Source of the DNA: Candidatus Bathyarchaeia archaeon
Lineage (GTDB): Archaea; Thermoproteota; Bathyarchaeia; Bathyarchaeales; Bathycorpusculaceae
Assembly (NCBI GenBank): GCA_049512075.1
Contig: JBEKXL010000006.1
Location: 32,001 to 96,000, forward strand
DNA length: 64,000 bases
Direction: 5' to 3'
Below are positions 1 to 10,820 of the stretch, in pieces. The translations under genes and the position numbers were made by a program. Each line of letters starts with the position of its first letter. Within the stretch, counting starts at the first letter, position 1. The notes under the pieces are model-generated. The model had not been told where the DNA came from. It did no database searches and saw only the letters and a program-made list of their open reading frames with translations.

Positions 1-1306
1 TGCCCCCGCCGACATCCACCGTCTCAACGAGCAGGAACATGACGATCTGCGTCATCCAACTTCTCGTCCTGCTTATGAAATCCATCATCACTTTTTTCAG
101 CGGTATTCCCCAAGATATTTCTGAACTGATTTTGCGCAGCTCCTTGCTGAACACGCCGTATTCGCGGTGTGAAAGGCTTTCAATGCACTTTTCGGGAGAG
201 AGTCCTGTTTTTCTGACTTCCGTCAAGTCTCTCAGAAAACTGTTCACGCCCTGCTCTGTGCTTGTTTTCTTGCTTGAGAGTTTGCCGTGCACAACAGCTG
301 CCGGTGCAGCTGATACGAACAATGCCAACGCAAGTGCTACGGGCATTTGGCTTAGTATGCCAAAACTGCCACCGAGAAAGAGGAAGAGGAACAATGCTAT
401 TCCCGCTATAGTACACACCGCAAACACTTTGTACGGGCGCATTTCAACAACCGGTGTCTTGGGCTGCATGCTATGCGCCAGGTAAACAAACATTATTGAC
501 AGCATTGGACTTAGGACGAATGTGTAGAGAATGATGGTTGAAACGTCGCCGCCAGATCCGCCGCCGACGCCAATGTTTTGTACGCTGAACATTATGTAGA
601 AGCAGAGGGACATCATGACGTTGACTATTATGAAAGTTTCCAGAAGCATTCCGAGCCGCTCAGCTGCAGCTCTTACGCGCAGTGCTCTGGCCTTGAAAAT
701 GTCTTCTGCCTTCCTTTCCAAGAAGTGTCCGATGTCTCCGCCGATGATTACGGTTGATGAGTACCCTGCGAGAAAGTCTTTGAAGATGTCTAACGGGTTT
801 TTCTTTGCCGCGTTCTGAATCGCGGTTAACGGGTCTATTCCAAATATCTCCACGTCTTTTAATATTTCTCTTGCTTCCACCTTCATCGCTGGCATGAGTT
901 CGACCTGTGCGAGTCGTTTAAAACTGGTGTATGGCGCTATGCCTCCTGAAGCCATGACGCTGATGTAAGCTGTGGCAAACGGCATTTCTCTTTCCAGATT
1001 GCTTGCCCTCTCGCCGGATCTGGACATGGGAACAACTAGGAATCCTATCATCACATAGAACGGAGCGGGTATCAAGAAAATAACTGGCATGAAACCGTAG
1101 AGAAGCACGATCACCACCGAGATTATCGACAATGGAAGTGTCATCGCAGCCGCTAAGAACATTAGTGAGACGTAGGTTTCTGGGTAAATCTTGATTTTTG
1201 CGCGTTCCAGGTAATCCTTGAATTCGAAGACATTTTTCAGAAAGGAGGGTGCGATGGGTCCGAAGAGACGGAATGACCATGCCTCAAGGGTTTTTAGAAG
1301 TGGCAA
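1..1306 (-). CDS. Type II secretion system F / TadB-TadC-like pilus membrane platform protein (3' end runs off the window)
   Basis: Not in the ORF track. Manual translation from TTG at 1306 (GGAGG upstream, overlapping the ATPase stop) gives LPLLKTLEAWSFRLFGP...EREMPFATAYISVMASGG...FGIDPLTAI...ERLGMLLETF, then a second F-like domain (YGVFSKELRKISSEISWG...VETVDVGGG) and several TM segments. Confidence 0.85.
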   Translation of the reverse strand, partial: MPLLKTLEAWSFRLFGPIAPSFLKNVFEFKDYLERAKIKIYPETYVSLMFLAAAMTLPLSIISVVIVLLYGFMPVIFLIPAPFYVMIGFLVVPMSRSGERASNLEREMPFATAYISVMASGGIAPYTSFKRLAQVELMPAMKVEAREILKDVEIFGIDPLTAIQNAAKKNPLDIFKDFLAGYSSTVIIGGDIGHFLERKAEDIFKARALRVRAAAERLGMLLETFIIVNVMMSLCFYIMFSVQNIGVGGGSGGDVSTIILYTFVLSPMLSIMFVYLAHSMQPKTPVVEMRPYKVFAVCTIAGIALFLFLFLGGSFGILSQMPVALALALFVSAAPAAVVHGKLSSKKTSTEQGVNSFLRDLTEVRKTGLSPEKCIESLSHREYGVFSKELRKISSEISWGIPLKKVMMDFISRTRSWMTQIVMFLLVETVDVGGG

Positions 1307-2930
1307 TCACTTTTACCTCCTCCCCGGCTAGGACTTTTTCGTAAAATTGCTTCGGTCTTGCATAATACTCTGCAATTATCGCGGCTACGTCTTTGTAGCT
1401 TCTGATCTTGCGTTCTATCATCCAGTGCAAGACGTTCTTGCGCCTTTCAATCTCATCGAGCAGCTCTTTTCTGCTCCAACCTATTCGTTCAGAAATGCCC
1501 GACAGCATGACACTCTTGTCAAAAGATGATGTGTGTTCATCCGCAGGCGGTTGCCATTTGAAGATTGCTCTGTAGTCCTGATAATCCGCGATTTCATTAA
1601 CGTTGAGCACGCGTCTGAAGGCTTTTCTTTCATTGTTTTTCACAAGGTGAACTCTCTGAATTGACAGTATTATGTTCATCAGCGGAAGATAGGCTGGCGA
1701 GATGTCCATGGGTTTCTGCGTCAGACGTTTGAGTGCTGAGTCTAGGTTTTCAGCGTGCATTGTGCACATTCCACCGTGGCCCGTGGCCAGCGCCTGGAAC
1801 AGCACGTAAGCTTCTTGGCCTCGGACCTCGCCTACGATTAGTATGTCTGGGCGATGTCTCATCGAAGTTTTTACAAGGTCGAAGAGTGCAACTTCACCTA
1901 TGCTGTTTCCGCCTAAACCGTAGCTTTGTCTGGCAATCAGTGAAATCCAGTTTTCATGAGACAGGTTCAGTTCTGCCGTTTCTTCGATGGTGATTATCTT
2001 GCTTCCGGGCTTAATCAGACAGGCTAGGGCGTTTAGGGCTGTGGTTTTTCCAGCGGCCGTTCCACCCAGAACCATGATTGACGATCTGTTTTCAAGGCAC
2101 AGCCAGAAATAGGCGGCCATTTCCTCTGAGAAAGTGCCTATGTTGATCAGGTCTATTATCGAGTACGGATCTTCTCTGAATTTTCTGATGGTGAAGGCGG
2201 TTCCGAAGGGTGTGACCTCACGTCTGTAACAGACTGCCAGTCTGTGCTTTCCTGGTAATGAGGCGTCCACTATTGGAAAGGCTGAGCTCACGTGCTTTCC
2301 AGCCATGTGAACAAGCTTGACAACCATGTTGTCGAGTTCTTCGTCGTTTTCGAACTGGATGTTCGTTTCGATGCTCTCGTAGTTTCTGTGCCAAATGTAA
2401 ACCGACCTCTGAACTCCATCACATGAGATGTCTTCAATGTTCGGGTCTCGCATTAGCGGATCAATTGAACTGAAACCTACGAGGTCTCTCTCAGCGTGGT
2501 AGAGAATCTTGTACCACGAAACGTCCGGCAGCCAACCTAAGCTTATCCGGTATTTGCCGACAATTTTCTTGGCTTCATCAGCGAAAAACCTTCTCGGATC
2601 AGCAATCTCTTCTTTCGGCGATTCTATCTCGGCGAGTAATATATCCAAGATTCGCTGGTAAACGCTTCTCTCAAGCGGATCAAGCTGAAGCTCGTCCAGA
2701 ATGTACTTGAACTCTCCAGTTTTAGGGTTCTGTGCAATGGCCACGTGTGCGAAGGGCTCGTAGAGCGGATACTTCTCAGCTATCTTGAACCCTCTGGGCA
2801 CAGCCTTCGGAGTGGCCAGTGCGGGCGCGGGCTGTTCATGTTTCTTGAAGTTCAGCTTAATCTGCACTTTCTTGAGTTTCGCTAATGTCCCTTTGAGGCG
2901 TACTTGTGTCATTGTTCTTCTCCTGTACAT
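1284..2930 (-). CDS. Type II/IV secretion (VirB11/ArlI/TadA family) pilus assembly ATPase; likely start ATG 2912
   Basis: Walker A GGTAAGKTT, Asp box ITIEETAEL, MRHRPDILIVGEVRG, His box TGHGGMCTMHA. Confidence 0.93.
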   Translation of the reverse strand: MYRRRTMTQVRLKGTLAKLKKVQIKLNFKKHEQPAPALATPKAVPRGFKIAEKYPLYEPFAHVAIAQNPKTGEFKYILDELQLDPLERSVYQRILDILLAEIESPKEEIADPRRFFADEAKKIVGKYRISLGWLPDVSWYKILYHAERDLVGFSSIDPLMRDPNIEDISCDGVQRSVYIWHRNYESIETNIQFENDEELDNMVVKLVHMAGKHVSSAFPIVDASLPGKHRLAVCYRREVTPFGTAFTIRKFREDPYSIIDLINIGTFSEEMAAYFWLCLENRSSIMVLGGTAAGKTTALNALACLIKPGSKIITIEETAELNLSHENWISLIARQSYGLGGNSIGEVALFDLVKTSMRHRPDILIVGEVRGQEAYVLFQALATGHGGMCTMHAENLDSALKRLTQKPMDISPAYLPLMNIILSIQRVHLVKNNERKAFRRVLNVNEIADYQDYRAIFKWQPPADEHTSSFDKSVMLSGISERIGWSRKELLDEIERRKNVLHWMIERKIRSYKDVAAIIAEYYARPKQFYEKVLAGEEVKVIATSKNP

Positions 2931-2978
2931 GTATTTAATGGCGGGAAGAGTCTATTAAATATTGCGTCTCACGAGACC

Positions 2979-5900
2979 TTACTCGGCCCCGCTCTCTTGT
3001 CCGGTGGAAACGACAATCACTTTTGACTTGATCAGAACGACAACTATGACAGCAATGATAACAGGGATGATTATCAGGAGCATGGTCAGCACCGGCAAGC
3101 CTCCCTCATTGTGAGTGACCGTTACTGGAATCACGTCTATCGTTGTTTGGCTCCCGTTTCCGATGTATCCGTTCTTGGTGACGTTAGCGACTATGACGAC
3201 AGGCAGCTGCGCGTTCGTCGATGGAGCATTAAACACGAATGAACACGTTCCGTTTGCATTCGTGAGACTGGTCGTGCTGGAAAAGTTTCCAAAATTGGTT
3301 GAAATGATGACTTGGGCGCCTGCAACGGGTCTCGAGTCGGCTGTAGCGCTTACAGTCAGAACAACGCTGCTGTCCGGCATAGTTGCGTATGTGCTGGCGG
3401 TGACTTGAGCGCTAATGTTTCCAGGGTTGACCGTTAGCGTTAGGGAGTCCTTTCCGTCGGCGTATCCTGTTTTTGAGCATTCAGCCGTGAGGGTGATGCT
3501 TGTGGGCTCATTGACTTGGGGTGCCGTGAAAAAGAAGGTGGCGAATCCGTGAGCGTCGGTTGTTCCTGTAGGCTGCGAAAAGTTTCCTCCGTTCCCGGAT
3601 GCTACAGTGATGTTGACGTCTTGAACTGGAGCAACGTTGTAGGTTACGTGGACAGTTATAGATGCGTTCGCTTCTGAAATCGTCGTGTAGTTTTGAGTTG
3701 TCAAATACACGGTCAGCACTTTTGATATTACGCTTACGATCGTTTGGCCTGCCCCGTCTATGTAGTGGCTCTTTGTTGCTGTCGCTGTTATTGTAGCGTT
3801 AAGGGGTGACGTTGTTTGGGGCGCTGTGAAAAGAAAGTTGGCGAGACCATTTGGATCGGTAATTCCGGTGATTGAAGTGAAATTGCCCACGTTGCCCGAT
3901 GATACAGTAACGTTTGCGTTTGGTATTGGACTCGTGTCACATGTTACGAGGGCGGTTACGCTTGTGTTTCCTTCAGAAATGATTGTAGCGAGGTTAGGAG
4001 TTAATTCCACAGCGAGCACGTTTGGAAACACTGTGATTGTTTCTTGGTCGTATCCGTCCGTGAACCCTTGCTCCTGGGCTGCTGCCGTGAACGTGAAATT
4101 AGCTGGGCTAAGCGTGTAGGGAGCCGTGAAATTGAATGCTACGGTGCCGTCTGCGGTGGTTATTCCTGTATTTGTTAAGAATGTTCCGTTGTCTGCTCCT
4201 GCTGTGAGCGAGGCGTTAGCGATAGGTTGACCAAAGCCGCCACTAACGTAGAAAGTTACAGCTACCGTCTCCTCAGATTTGACTGTTGCTGGTTCGGTGG
4301 TCAGGTGAATGTGCAACAGAGGAAGAACCTTCAAGTATGTCTGGCCGGAGCCGTCCGCGTATCCGGTCTCAGAAGCCATCGCAATTAGTCTCACATAAGT
4401 AGTGTCTGTGACGTTCGGTGCTGTGAATGTTGTTTCAAATTGGCCTGTTGAGTTTGTCACCCCTGATGTCGGCGAGAAACTTCCACCTCTCAATGAGAGA
4501 AGCGTGACGGCTGCATTCGCTACTGTTGCTCCAGATTGATCTGACACGTAAACTGTGACTATTATGTTCGCGTTGTAATCGGCGACTGAACTGCTCAGCG
4601 CCATTGAAACGTTTAAGGGTGTCAGATCCTGGACCGCTATGGTTGTTGTCGTGGGGTTTTGGCTCATGCTGCTGAAGTCGTCCATGACCGTAAGAGTTGC
4701 ATTATAGGCTCCAACGCCGGTGTAGGTGTGGTTGAAGAGGGATAATGTTGTCCATCCACTGTTGGCTCCGTCTCCGAAGTCGTAGAAGTATTGGTCGACG
4801 CGTCCATTGTCGTATGAGTTTGTACCGATGAACGTAACGTTCTCGTTCTGTGCAACAAGGGTTTTGTCAGTTTGAAGGACGGCTGTGGGCAGCGTGTTGT
4901 TGTAGTCGAAGGGCTCTGACAAAAAGAATATGAAGTCAAGGCCTACTCCGTCGCCGCCCACCATGTTTCCTTTTCCGTATGGATTCAGCGAGCTGTGGAA
5001 CGGGCCGCTTTCGTCACCCCAGTAATTGTAGGTTGCATTTACGCTGGCTGTGGGCGAAACGTCCATGCCCATGGTGTTGTTGTAGATGTCGTTGAAGTGG
5101 GCTTCGTGGCCGTTTCCGGCTTCGTAGAAGATTCCCTCTGTGTTGTTTGAAATGTAGTTACGGGTGATGATCGTGCTCGTGTTGGTTGTCACGTGAAATC
5201 CATAGTTGTTTAATGAAACGTTGTTTTGAATGATGGCCATATTATCGTATGCGTCAGCCTCAAGCAGTATCCCGCTTTGGCCGTTTAGTAAGATGTTGTT
5301 TTGTGCTATGTTTACGTTTCCTGTCAAATCTCCTGTTAGATCAATGCCGTTTCCATTTGAACTTACGACATTGTTTTGTGCGGTAACTTGAGTGTCTCCG
5401 GCTATGTTGATGCCGTCTTTGGTGTTGTTGATTATCTGGTCGTTTTCAATGATTATGCTGCCGCCGTTCAATACGGTGCCGTTCAAATTGTATCTAACAA
5501 GGTCGTTTTGAAGGTTTAGGGAGCCGCCTTCTAGCGTTACGCCGGTTTGCCCGTATTCAACTATGCAGTTTGTGATCGAGGACTGTTGGGTGCTGCTAAT
5601 CTGGATTGTTCCCCAGTCTCCTGTGCTGGCATTCACATCGTTAGATGTAAACAATATCGTTCTGTCCTCCGTGCCATCTGCAATGATTCTCCCGTCTACC
5701 GTAATCCAGAAGTTTCCTCCGAACCTTACCTGAACGCCAGGCTCTATCGTTAACTTCGCGGCTGGGTTGACCGTGATATTATCAGAAACTATGAATGGGC
5801 TGTCAACCAGAGTCCAATCTGTATCTTGTGTTATGGTTCCTTTAACGTATGTTGCCCTGGCTGTGGGCACAAGTCTGTAAGCGCTGGTGAATACGCTGAA

Positions 5901-6014
5901 AACAAGAAACGTGGCAAGCAGAACAAACAACGGATGATACTTTCTTTTCATAAACATGCATCCATTTTGCATTCTGGTTTGCTTTATCCCTCTGGCTGGG
6001 CTCAGCTTAAGCAT
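2979..6014 (-). CDS. Large cell-surface protein: signal peptide, right-handed beta-helix, PKD domain, about 5 Ig-like (Big-1-type) repeats, C-terminal TM anchor; likely start ATG 5951
   Basis: MKRKYH plus hydrophobic signal; Asn-rich parallel beta-helix repeats ending NATYNYWG; PKD motif YDFGDG...NHTY...YNATLTV; repeated GxTxxxG..FxFTAP units; many N-x-S/T sequons; hydrophobic C-terminus. Confidence 0.85.
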   Translation of the reverse strand: MLKLSPARGIKQTRMQNGCMFMKRKYHPLFVLLATFLVFSVFTSAYRLVPTARATYVKGTITQDTDWTLVDSPFIVSDNITVNPAAKLTIEPGVQVRFGGNFWITVDGRIIADGTEDRTILFTSNDVNASTGDWGTIQISSTQQSSITNCIVEYGQTGVTLEGGSLNLQNDLVRYNLNGTVLNGGSIIIENDQIINNTKDGINIAGDTQVTAQNNVVSSNGNGIDLTGDLTGNVNIAQNNILLNGQSGILLEADAYDNMAIIQNNVSLNNYGFHVTTNTSTIITRNYISNNTEGIFYEAGNGHEAHFNDIYNNTMGMDVSPTASVNATYNYWGDESGPFHSSLNPYGKGNMVGGDGVGLDFIFFLSEPFDYNNTLPTAVLQTDKTLVAQNENVTFIGTNSYDNGRVDQYFYDFGDGANSGWTTLSLFNHTYTGVGAYNATLTVMDDFSSMSQNPTTTTIAVQDLTPLNVSMALSSSVADYNANIIVTVYVSDQSGATVANAAVTLLSLRGGSFSPTSGVTNSTGQFETTFTAPNVTDTTYVRLIAMASETGYADGSGQTYLKVLPLLHIHLTTEPATVKSEETVAVTFYVSGGFGQPIANASLTAGADNGTFLTNTGITTADGTVAFNFTAPYTLSPANFTFTAAAQEQGFTDGYDQETITVFPNVLAVELTPNLATIISEGNTSVTALVTCDTSPIPNANVTVSSGNVGNFTSITGITDPNGLANFLFTAPQTTSPLNATITATATKSHYIDGAGQTIVSVISKVLTVYLTTQNYTTISEANASITVHVTYNVAPVQDVNITVASGNGGNFSQPTGTTDAHGFATFFFTAPQVNEPTSITLTAECSKTGYADGKDSLTLTVNPGNISAQVTASTYATMPDSSVVLTVSATADSRPVAGAQVIISTNFGNFSSTTSLTNANGTCSFVFNAPSTNAQLPVVIVANVTKNGYIGNGSQTTIDVIPVTVTHNEGGLPVLTMLLIIIPVIIAVIVVVLIKSKVIVVSTGQESGAE

Positions 6015-6125
6015 TATGAATTCGCAATCAAACTTGGAAATCTTGAGCGCCGCGCAATGTTAGAATGAGCAAAGAGATTTAACAGAGTGTAAGGGCATTG
6101 TAGAATTCGGTGAGGAGGAAATCCG

Positions 6126-6899
6126 GTGAAAAGTTTCGCGGCGTTTGCTCTTGAAGGCTTCCCTTTGATAGGCTCAGGTGATGACTTGGCTAAAATCATT
6201 GTTGAAACGGCAAGGGAGAATGGTTTGGAGTTTGAAGATGGGGATGTGATAGTGGCTGCACAGAAGATTTTTTCCAAGGCTGAAGGGAGGGTGGTAAAGC
6301 TGAGAGATGTTGTGGCTTCGAGAAGGGCTCAAAGACTGGCGAAGACGGTTAGGAAAGATCCGAGGTTCGTAGAACTGGTCCTGAGGGAAACGAAGAAGGT
6401 GCTGAAGGCTTCTGGTGAAATACTGCTCGTCGAAGACGTTCGCGGCTTGGTGTGCATAAACGCCGGAATCGACAAGTCAAACGTGCAGGGAAGAGGCGAG
6501 TTCGCACTCTTGCCCGAGAATCCTGACAGGTCGGCAGAAGAGTGCCGCAAGAGAATCCACCAGCTAACCGGAAGAGATGTTTCTGTGGTAGTTTGTGACA
6601 CTTACAGTCGCCCTTTCAGGCGGGGACAAGTAAATTTCGCCATAGGCATCGCAGGGATCAACCCGTTCAGAGACTATAGGGGGACAAAAGATCTTTTCGG
6701 ACAAGTTCTCAAGGTTAAAAACGTTGCAGTGGTTGATGAGATTGCGGCAGCGGCCGAACTCGTCATGGGCCAGGCAAAAGAGGGAAGGCCAGTTGTCATC
6801 TTCAAGGGACTAGACAGGTCTGTAGTCTCACATGAAAAATGCAACATCGAAGAAGTGTCTATTTCGAGAAAGGAAGATCTTTTCCGAAACGTACTGTGA
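6126..6899 (+). CDS. cofE: Coenzyme F420-0:L-glutamate ligase
   Basis: GDDLA, QKIFSKAEGR, NAGIDKSN, LLPENPD, DTYSRPFRRG and DEIAAAA motifs. Confidence 0.93.
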   Translation: MKSFAAFALEGFPLIGSGDDLAKIIVETARENGLEFEDGDVIVAAQKIFSKAEGRVVKLRDVVASRRAQRLAKTVRKDPRFVELVLRETKKVLKASGEILLVEDVRGLVCINAGIDKSNVQGRGEFALLPENPDRSAEECRKRIHQLTGRDVSVVVCDTYSRPFRRGQVNFAIGIAGINPFRDYRGTKDLFGQVLKVKNVAVVDEIAAAAELVMGQAKEGRPVVIFKGLDRSVVSHEKCNIEEVSISRKEDLFRNVL

Positions 6900-7109
6900 C
6901 CGCGACGGTGGGAAGCTTGTCTTCACAACGCTGTCCCAGCTGCGTTTCGAATGCGTTTCGATTTTTTGTTTTTCTTCAGGCTTCTGAACAAGCAAGGTCA
7001 GAGCCGTGCAAGCGCATGCGGCGTATTCTCTTTTCCTCGGGGGAAAGACTTTTAAACGGATTAGCTAAGACTATAGAAGGACGAAATTAAATATGAGAGG
7101 AATGAAAAA

Positions 7110-9575
7110 TTGAAAATAGTGAATCATACTAAGACTATTGTTGCGATACTTACAGCTTTAGTGATACTGTGTTCAGCAATAATGATACCATCGCTGGCTT
7201 TTCGAAGTGGACAATCAGGCGCAGGAGCGGATTACGCCGTTTTCGAGGGCACCGCAGGTAACGACTACTATGACAGCATGCAGTATTCGTACATGGTAAA
7301 TCAATGGGCAACCAGTAATGGCCTATATAGTGCCAGAACCCCTGCACAGGATTATTTCAGTGCGGACAAGAGCCTCAGAGTTGGTTTAACGGAATACGGT
7401 GAAATGGCGACCCCAGCAAACGCTGGCATCGCATACGGAGCAGGCAACACCGAGTGGAATCTCACAGAATCTTGGTCTAGTACTAATCCTGAAATCCCTC
7501 CGCAACTCTGGATCCAAGGCTGGACTTTCTACCTAAACTACACCACACAAGGAGTGTTCAGAGCAGTAGAAGCTTGGGCGATGTACAGCAACATTTCAAC
7601 GACGGAAGGTGCAAGATCAGCCTACAGCTGGAATAGCCTTTACGACCCAAGCAGTCCCTCCGCTAATTTGACCGAAGGTACATTGACGCCTACAGGCGTG
7701 GAAATACTGTATGACAGTGCAAGGCTCGTTATTGGAAGAACAGGAACCGTAATTCATGACACGTTTTACAATGAAGATGTCGCAGAAGTTTTCATAACGG
7801 TCAACTTTTTCAAGGACGCCAAGTATGCTATAGTCTACAAGGATGTTAAGATACTGCTTCAACCGAAGATATTGGACATGATAAATGACTTCGCCTTCAG
7901 CGAAAGATACGAGCTTGACATTGCCGCGAACCTGAACCCCTCAAACGCAGCTTACATACACTACTACCATAACTCGAACAGCACTGTTTACCAGAATCCA
8001 TTAACGGGAGCAAGCAGCTATGACACATTGCAGGCTTACGATGTAGGCAAAAATTACATATTCTTTGCAGGCTATTGGCCAAACACTACCGAGTACACTG
8101 TGTACTACCCTCTGCTTCCAAATCCGGCGAGTGGCAGCCTTGATCTCCTTCCTTTCGGCACCGCTATCGCGGATATGCCCGGACCAAGCGGGACACCATC
8201 AAGTCCCAAGGAGCCTAGCACCCCATGGGTGATTGCTCAATGGCGATACAACAGCACAGCATATCCTGACCTTACTACTTGGCTTGCCAAGGGAGCACAG
8301 AGGCAATTCAGGGCCGTTGAGATCGTGGGCATGACCGACTTCAATAGTACTGATCCGCGTCCAGCTGTGGACTTCAACGAAACTGGAGCAGCGAATCAAA
8401 TTGAAACTGAAGTCAGTTACACGCTAAACCAAGTGTTCAACCCTACGGATCTTAATTCATTGAAGACTTCACCAAACCCGTTCATGTGGACTGGCCTGGG
8501 ACAAAGCGCAGCTACAACCGACAGCGCGGGCTCAAGCCTTCTTGGGGGAGCCTACGGCGCAAATGAGACGGCACTCGGACTGTTCGACAGAAACGACACA
8601 ATGTTCCCGTGGACCGGAGGAATAGGCATGCTTGGAAGCATACCCTACGGGCTAGACTCGTTCGGAGGCAACTACTACGAGACTTTCAGCAACAGCGGCA
8701 AAGCAACTGGCACGGACACGACGACGTACAAGCGAACAGGGCTTTTAGGCTTCGTCCCCGGAACCGCTGAAGAGATAGAAACCGGGGTAACGTTTCCGCC
8801 TCAACCGGTGGCAGGAGGCTTTGACTATGACAACGACACATGGTACCCATCGATAGATCCGCTAAACCTAACATGGAGCTATTCTCCCTATGTACTGGCT
8901 CCAACCGTAAGTTACCATCCAAATGGCATACTCAGCTTGGGCGGTCCGAAGGCCAACGGCTTGACAAGATATTTCAACGACTTCGGCTTCGCGATTTCCC
9001 GAGAAGGCACAAGTGGCAGTTACTACGCTCTGGTAAATGGAGGCACAGTTGCAGGAACAGCACCGACAAGTGATCCTAGCTTGTTGTCACTCGACTATTT
9101 CCCCGTCTCAACGTGGAACGTGGGCACTACGCACTTCGGCTACGGTGCAAACTATGCCGTCATCAGCTTGGTCAAAGATGTCAACGGAACACGCGGCTTA
9201 TCCATATACGGCTGGAATGGAAGAGACACCTACTGGGCTGCGACCTGGGCTTCTCAATACCTTCTCGGAAACACCACATTATCGAGTGCGGGCCTACCAT
9301 CAGGAACAGTTGCTCTGATACTTCAAATGACATACGGAGGACCAAACATGGAACCGTCAGCGTTCACGGTGGTCAAAGCCTTAGGAACAATCACAGAATT
9401 CGGCACTAATGCTTACGTCACCTTCAGCGGCAGCCAACCATTTGATCAGAACCACGCATTGACATGGACCAATGAGTTGGTTACGCCAGCATCGCTGCCA
9501 ATAATCGGTCCAGTGCACGTTTGGTGGTATCAGAAGCTTCCGACGATATCCACAGCAAAGGTAGACTTCAACTAA
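7110..9575 (+). CDS. Large secreted glycoprotein, candidate major S-layer protein
   Basis: N-terminal signal peptide; T/S/G/N/Y-rich; many sequons; own TATA box (TTTTAAA about 7050) and a long pyrimidine terminator. Confidence 0.6.
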   Translation: MKIVNHTKTIVAILTALVILCSAIMIPSLAFRSGQSGAGADYAVFEGTAGNDYYDSMQYSYMVNQWATSNGLYSARTPAQDYFSADKSLRVGLTEYGEMATPANAGIAYGAGNTEWNLTESWSSTNPEIPPQLWIQGWTFYLNYTTQGVFRAVEAWAMYSNISTTEGARSAYSWNSLYDPSSPSANLTEGTLTPTGVEILYDSARLVIGRTGTVIHDTFYNEDVAEVFITVNFFKDAKYAIVYKDVKILLQPKILDMINDFAFSERYELDIAANLNPSNAAYIHYYHNSNSTVYQNPLTGASSYDTLQAYDVGKNYIFFAGYWPNTTEYTVYYPLLPNPASGSLDLLPFGTAIADMPGPSGTPSSPKEPSTPWVIAQWRYNSTAYPDLTTWLAKGAQRQFRAVEIVGMTDFNSTDPRPAVDFNETGAANQIETEVSYTLNQVFNPTDLNSLKTSPNPFMWTGLGQSAATTDSAGSSLLGGAYGANETALGLFDRNDTMFPWTGGIGMLGSIPYGLDSFGGNYYETFSNSGKATGTDTTTYKRTGLLGFVPGTAEEIETGVTFPPQPVAGGFDYDNDTWYPSIDPLNLTWSYSPYVLAPTVSYHPNGILSLGGPKANGLTRYFNDFGFAISREGTSGSYYALVNGGTVAGTAPTSDPSLLSLDYFPVSTWNVGTTHFGYGANYAVISLVKDVNGTRGLSIYGWNGRDTYWAATWASQYLLGNTTLSSAGLPSGTVALILQMTYGGPNMEPSAFTVVKALGTITEFGTNAYVTFSGSQPFDQNHALTWTNELVTPASLPIIGPVHVWWYQKLPTISTAKVDFN

Positions 9576-9582
9576 ACGCAAA

Positions 9583-9613
9583 TCCTCTTTTCTTTCTTTT
9601 TTCCATATTTTTT
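9583..9613 (+). terminator. Archaeal oligo-T/pyrimidine terminator
   Basis: tcctcttttctttcttttttccatatttttt directly after the stop codon. Confidence 0.6.
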
Positions 9614-9641
9614 GTGAAACCTAACAGATTGGTGTGAACTT

Positions 9642-10820
9642 TTGAAAATCAGGTTCTATCTTGTCGCAATATCGTTACTGTTGGCTCTCTGCCTCGTGCT
9701 ACCAGTATACGCAAACGCGTTCAGGATGATGGAAGGTGACGTGCTGCAATACGAGTATGAGAGAGTAGGCTCAACGGGCGGAGGCCAGACTGGTAACGTA
9801 ACATTCACCGTCACGAGTCTCAACCAGACAATGGTTACTCTACAAGTCAACGGAACAAGTGGCCCTGAGGAAGGTCCTCTTCACATAAAATACGATGGCG
9901 GAATTCCAGTATATGCCGACCTCCTGGAAGCACTTGTATACCTGCCTTCAGAATGCTTGGCCAGAAGCTTGCAAGGCAAGCTGGACTGGATAATGCATTT
10001 GGAATTTGGCACCTTGGCAACTGTGGCCAACGAAACAAGCCAGACTCAGAGCTTCACGGTCGCGGCAGGCTCCTTCAAAACCATCAATCTGACCCTGAGC
10101 TTGGTAGGCTGGGAATACGGGACTTTAGACCTCATCTACAGCGTAGACTCGGGCATACTAGTGTATGAAAGTTGGGTCCCGAGCCCGTATGGAGACATGA
10201 TCGTACAAGAATTAACCTCACTGACCTATCCTTTCTCCGCAAAGCGAACATTGCTTGACATTGCACTGCCAACAGCAACCCTTGTCCTTCCAGCAGGCAC
10301 CGCAATTGACGGGACACGCAGGGCTTTGCACAAGCTGAGATTGCGAAAACATAGGGCATCGATGAGGAATGAACAGTCTCAGAACAGCCCTCAAAAAACC
10401 TCGTTCTACATGAGTCTCACAGGGGCGTTATTGATTCTGGCGTCTGTCTTATTGCCGTGGTCTCAACTCATGGAATCTCAAGTATACCTGCCATCGAGTC
10501 TTCCAGTGTTACTAGGAGCATCATCATTGTTTTCAATATCAACGTTTACTTTTGTTATGACAAGTCTACTGGCTCATGCGACTGCCATTCTGGTTTGGCT
10601 GGGGATTGTTTTGGAAATTTACGCTAAGAGAAAACCTGTGTTGCAGCTGGTAATAGTGGCTTCTGCCTTGGTTGGATTCGCCTCGGCCCTGGTTTTGGTT
10701 CAGGCGGGATGGTCCTTGTCGTGGGGATCGTTAATTGTCATAGCAGGGGGAGTCTTGGTGCTTGTAAGTGCATTTGCTGGGTGGGACAAAAGGAACATAA
10801 CGAGGCTAAAAAGGTCGTAG
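9642..10820 (+). CDS. Hypothetical membrane protein (exported N-terminal domain plus multi-TM C-terminus)
   Basis: Signal peptide, beta-rich domain, then about 5 hydrophobic segments. Confidence 0.65.
   Translation: MKIRFYLVAISLLLALCLVLPVYANAFRMMEGDVLQYEYERVGSTGGGQTGNVTFTVTSLNQTMVTLQVNGTSGPEEGPLHIKYDGGIPVYADLLEALVYLPSECLARSLQGKLDWIMHLEFGTLATVANETSQTQSFTVAAGSFKTINLTLSLVGWEYGTLDLIYSVDSGILVYESWVPSPYGDMIVQELTSLTYPFSAKRTLLDIALPTATLVLPAGTAIDGTRRALHKLRLRKHRASMRNEQSQNSPQKTSFYMSLTGALLILASVLLPWSQLMESQVYLPSSLPVLLGASSLFSISTFTFVMTSLLAHATAILVWLGIVLEIYAKRKPVLQLVIVASALVGFASALVLVQAGWSLSWGSLIVIAGGVLVLVSAFAGWDKRNITRLKRS

Noticed and set aside
39-1280. ORF-track entries 39-485 (+), 180-416 (-), 615-818 (+), 918-1280 (-)
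   Set aside because: Shadow frames of the T2SS-F gene running from 1306 off the window start.
3100-4600. Recurrent similar DNA segments in the large surface-protein gene
   Set aside because: Explained by Ig-like protein repeats; not CRISPR or a DNA-level repeat system.
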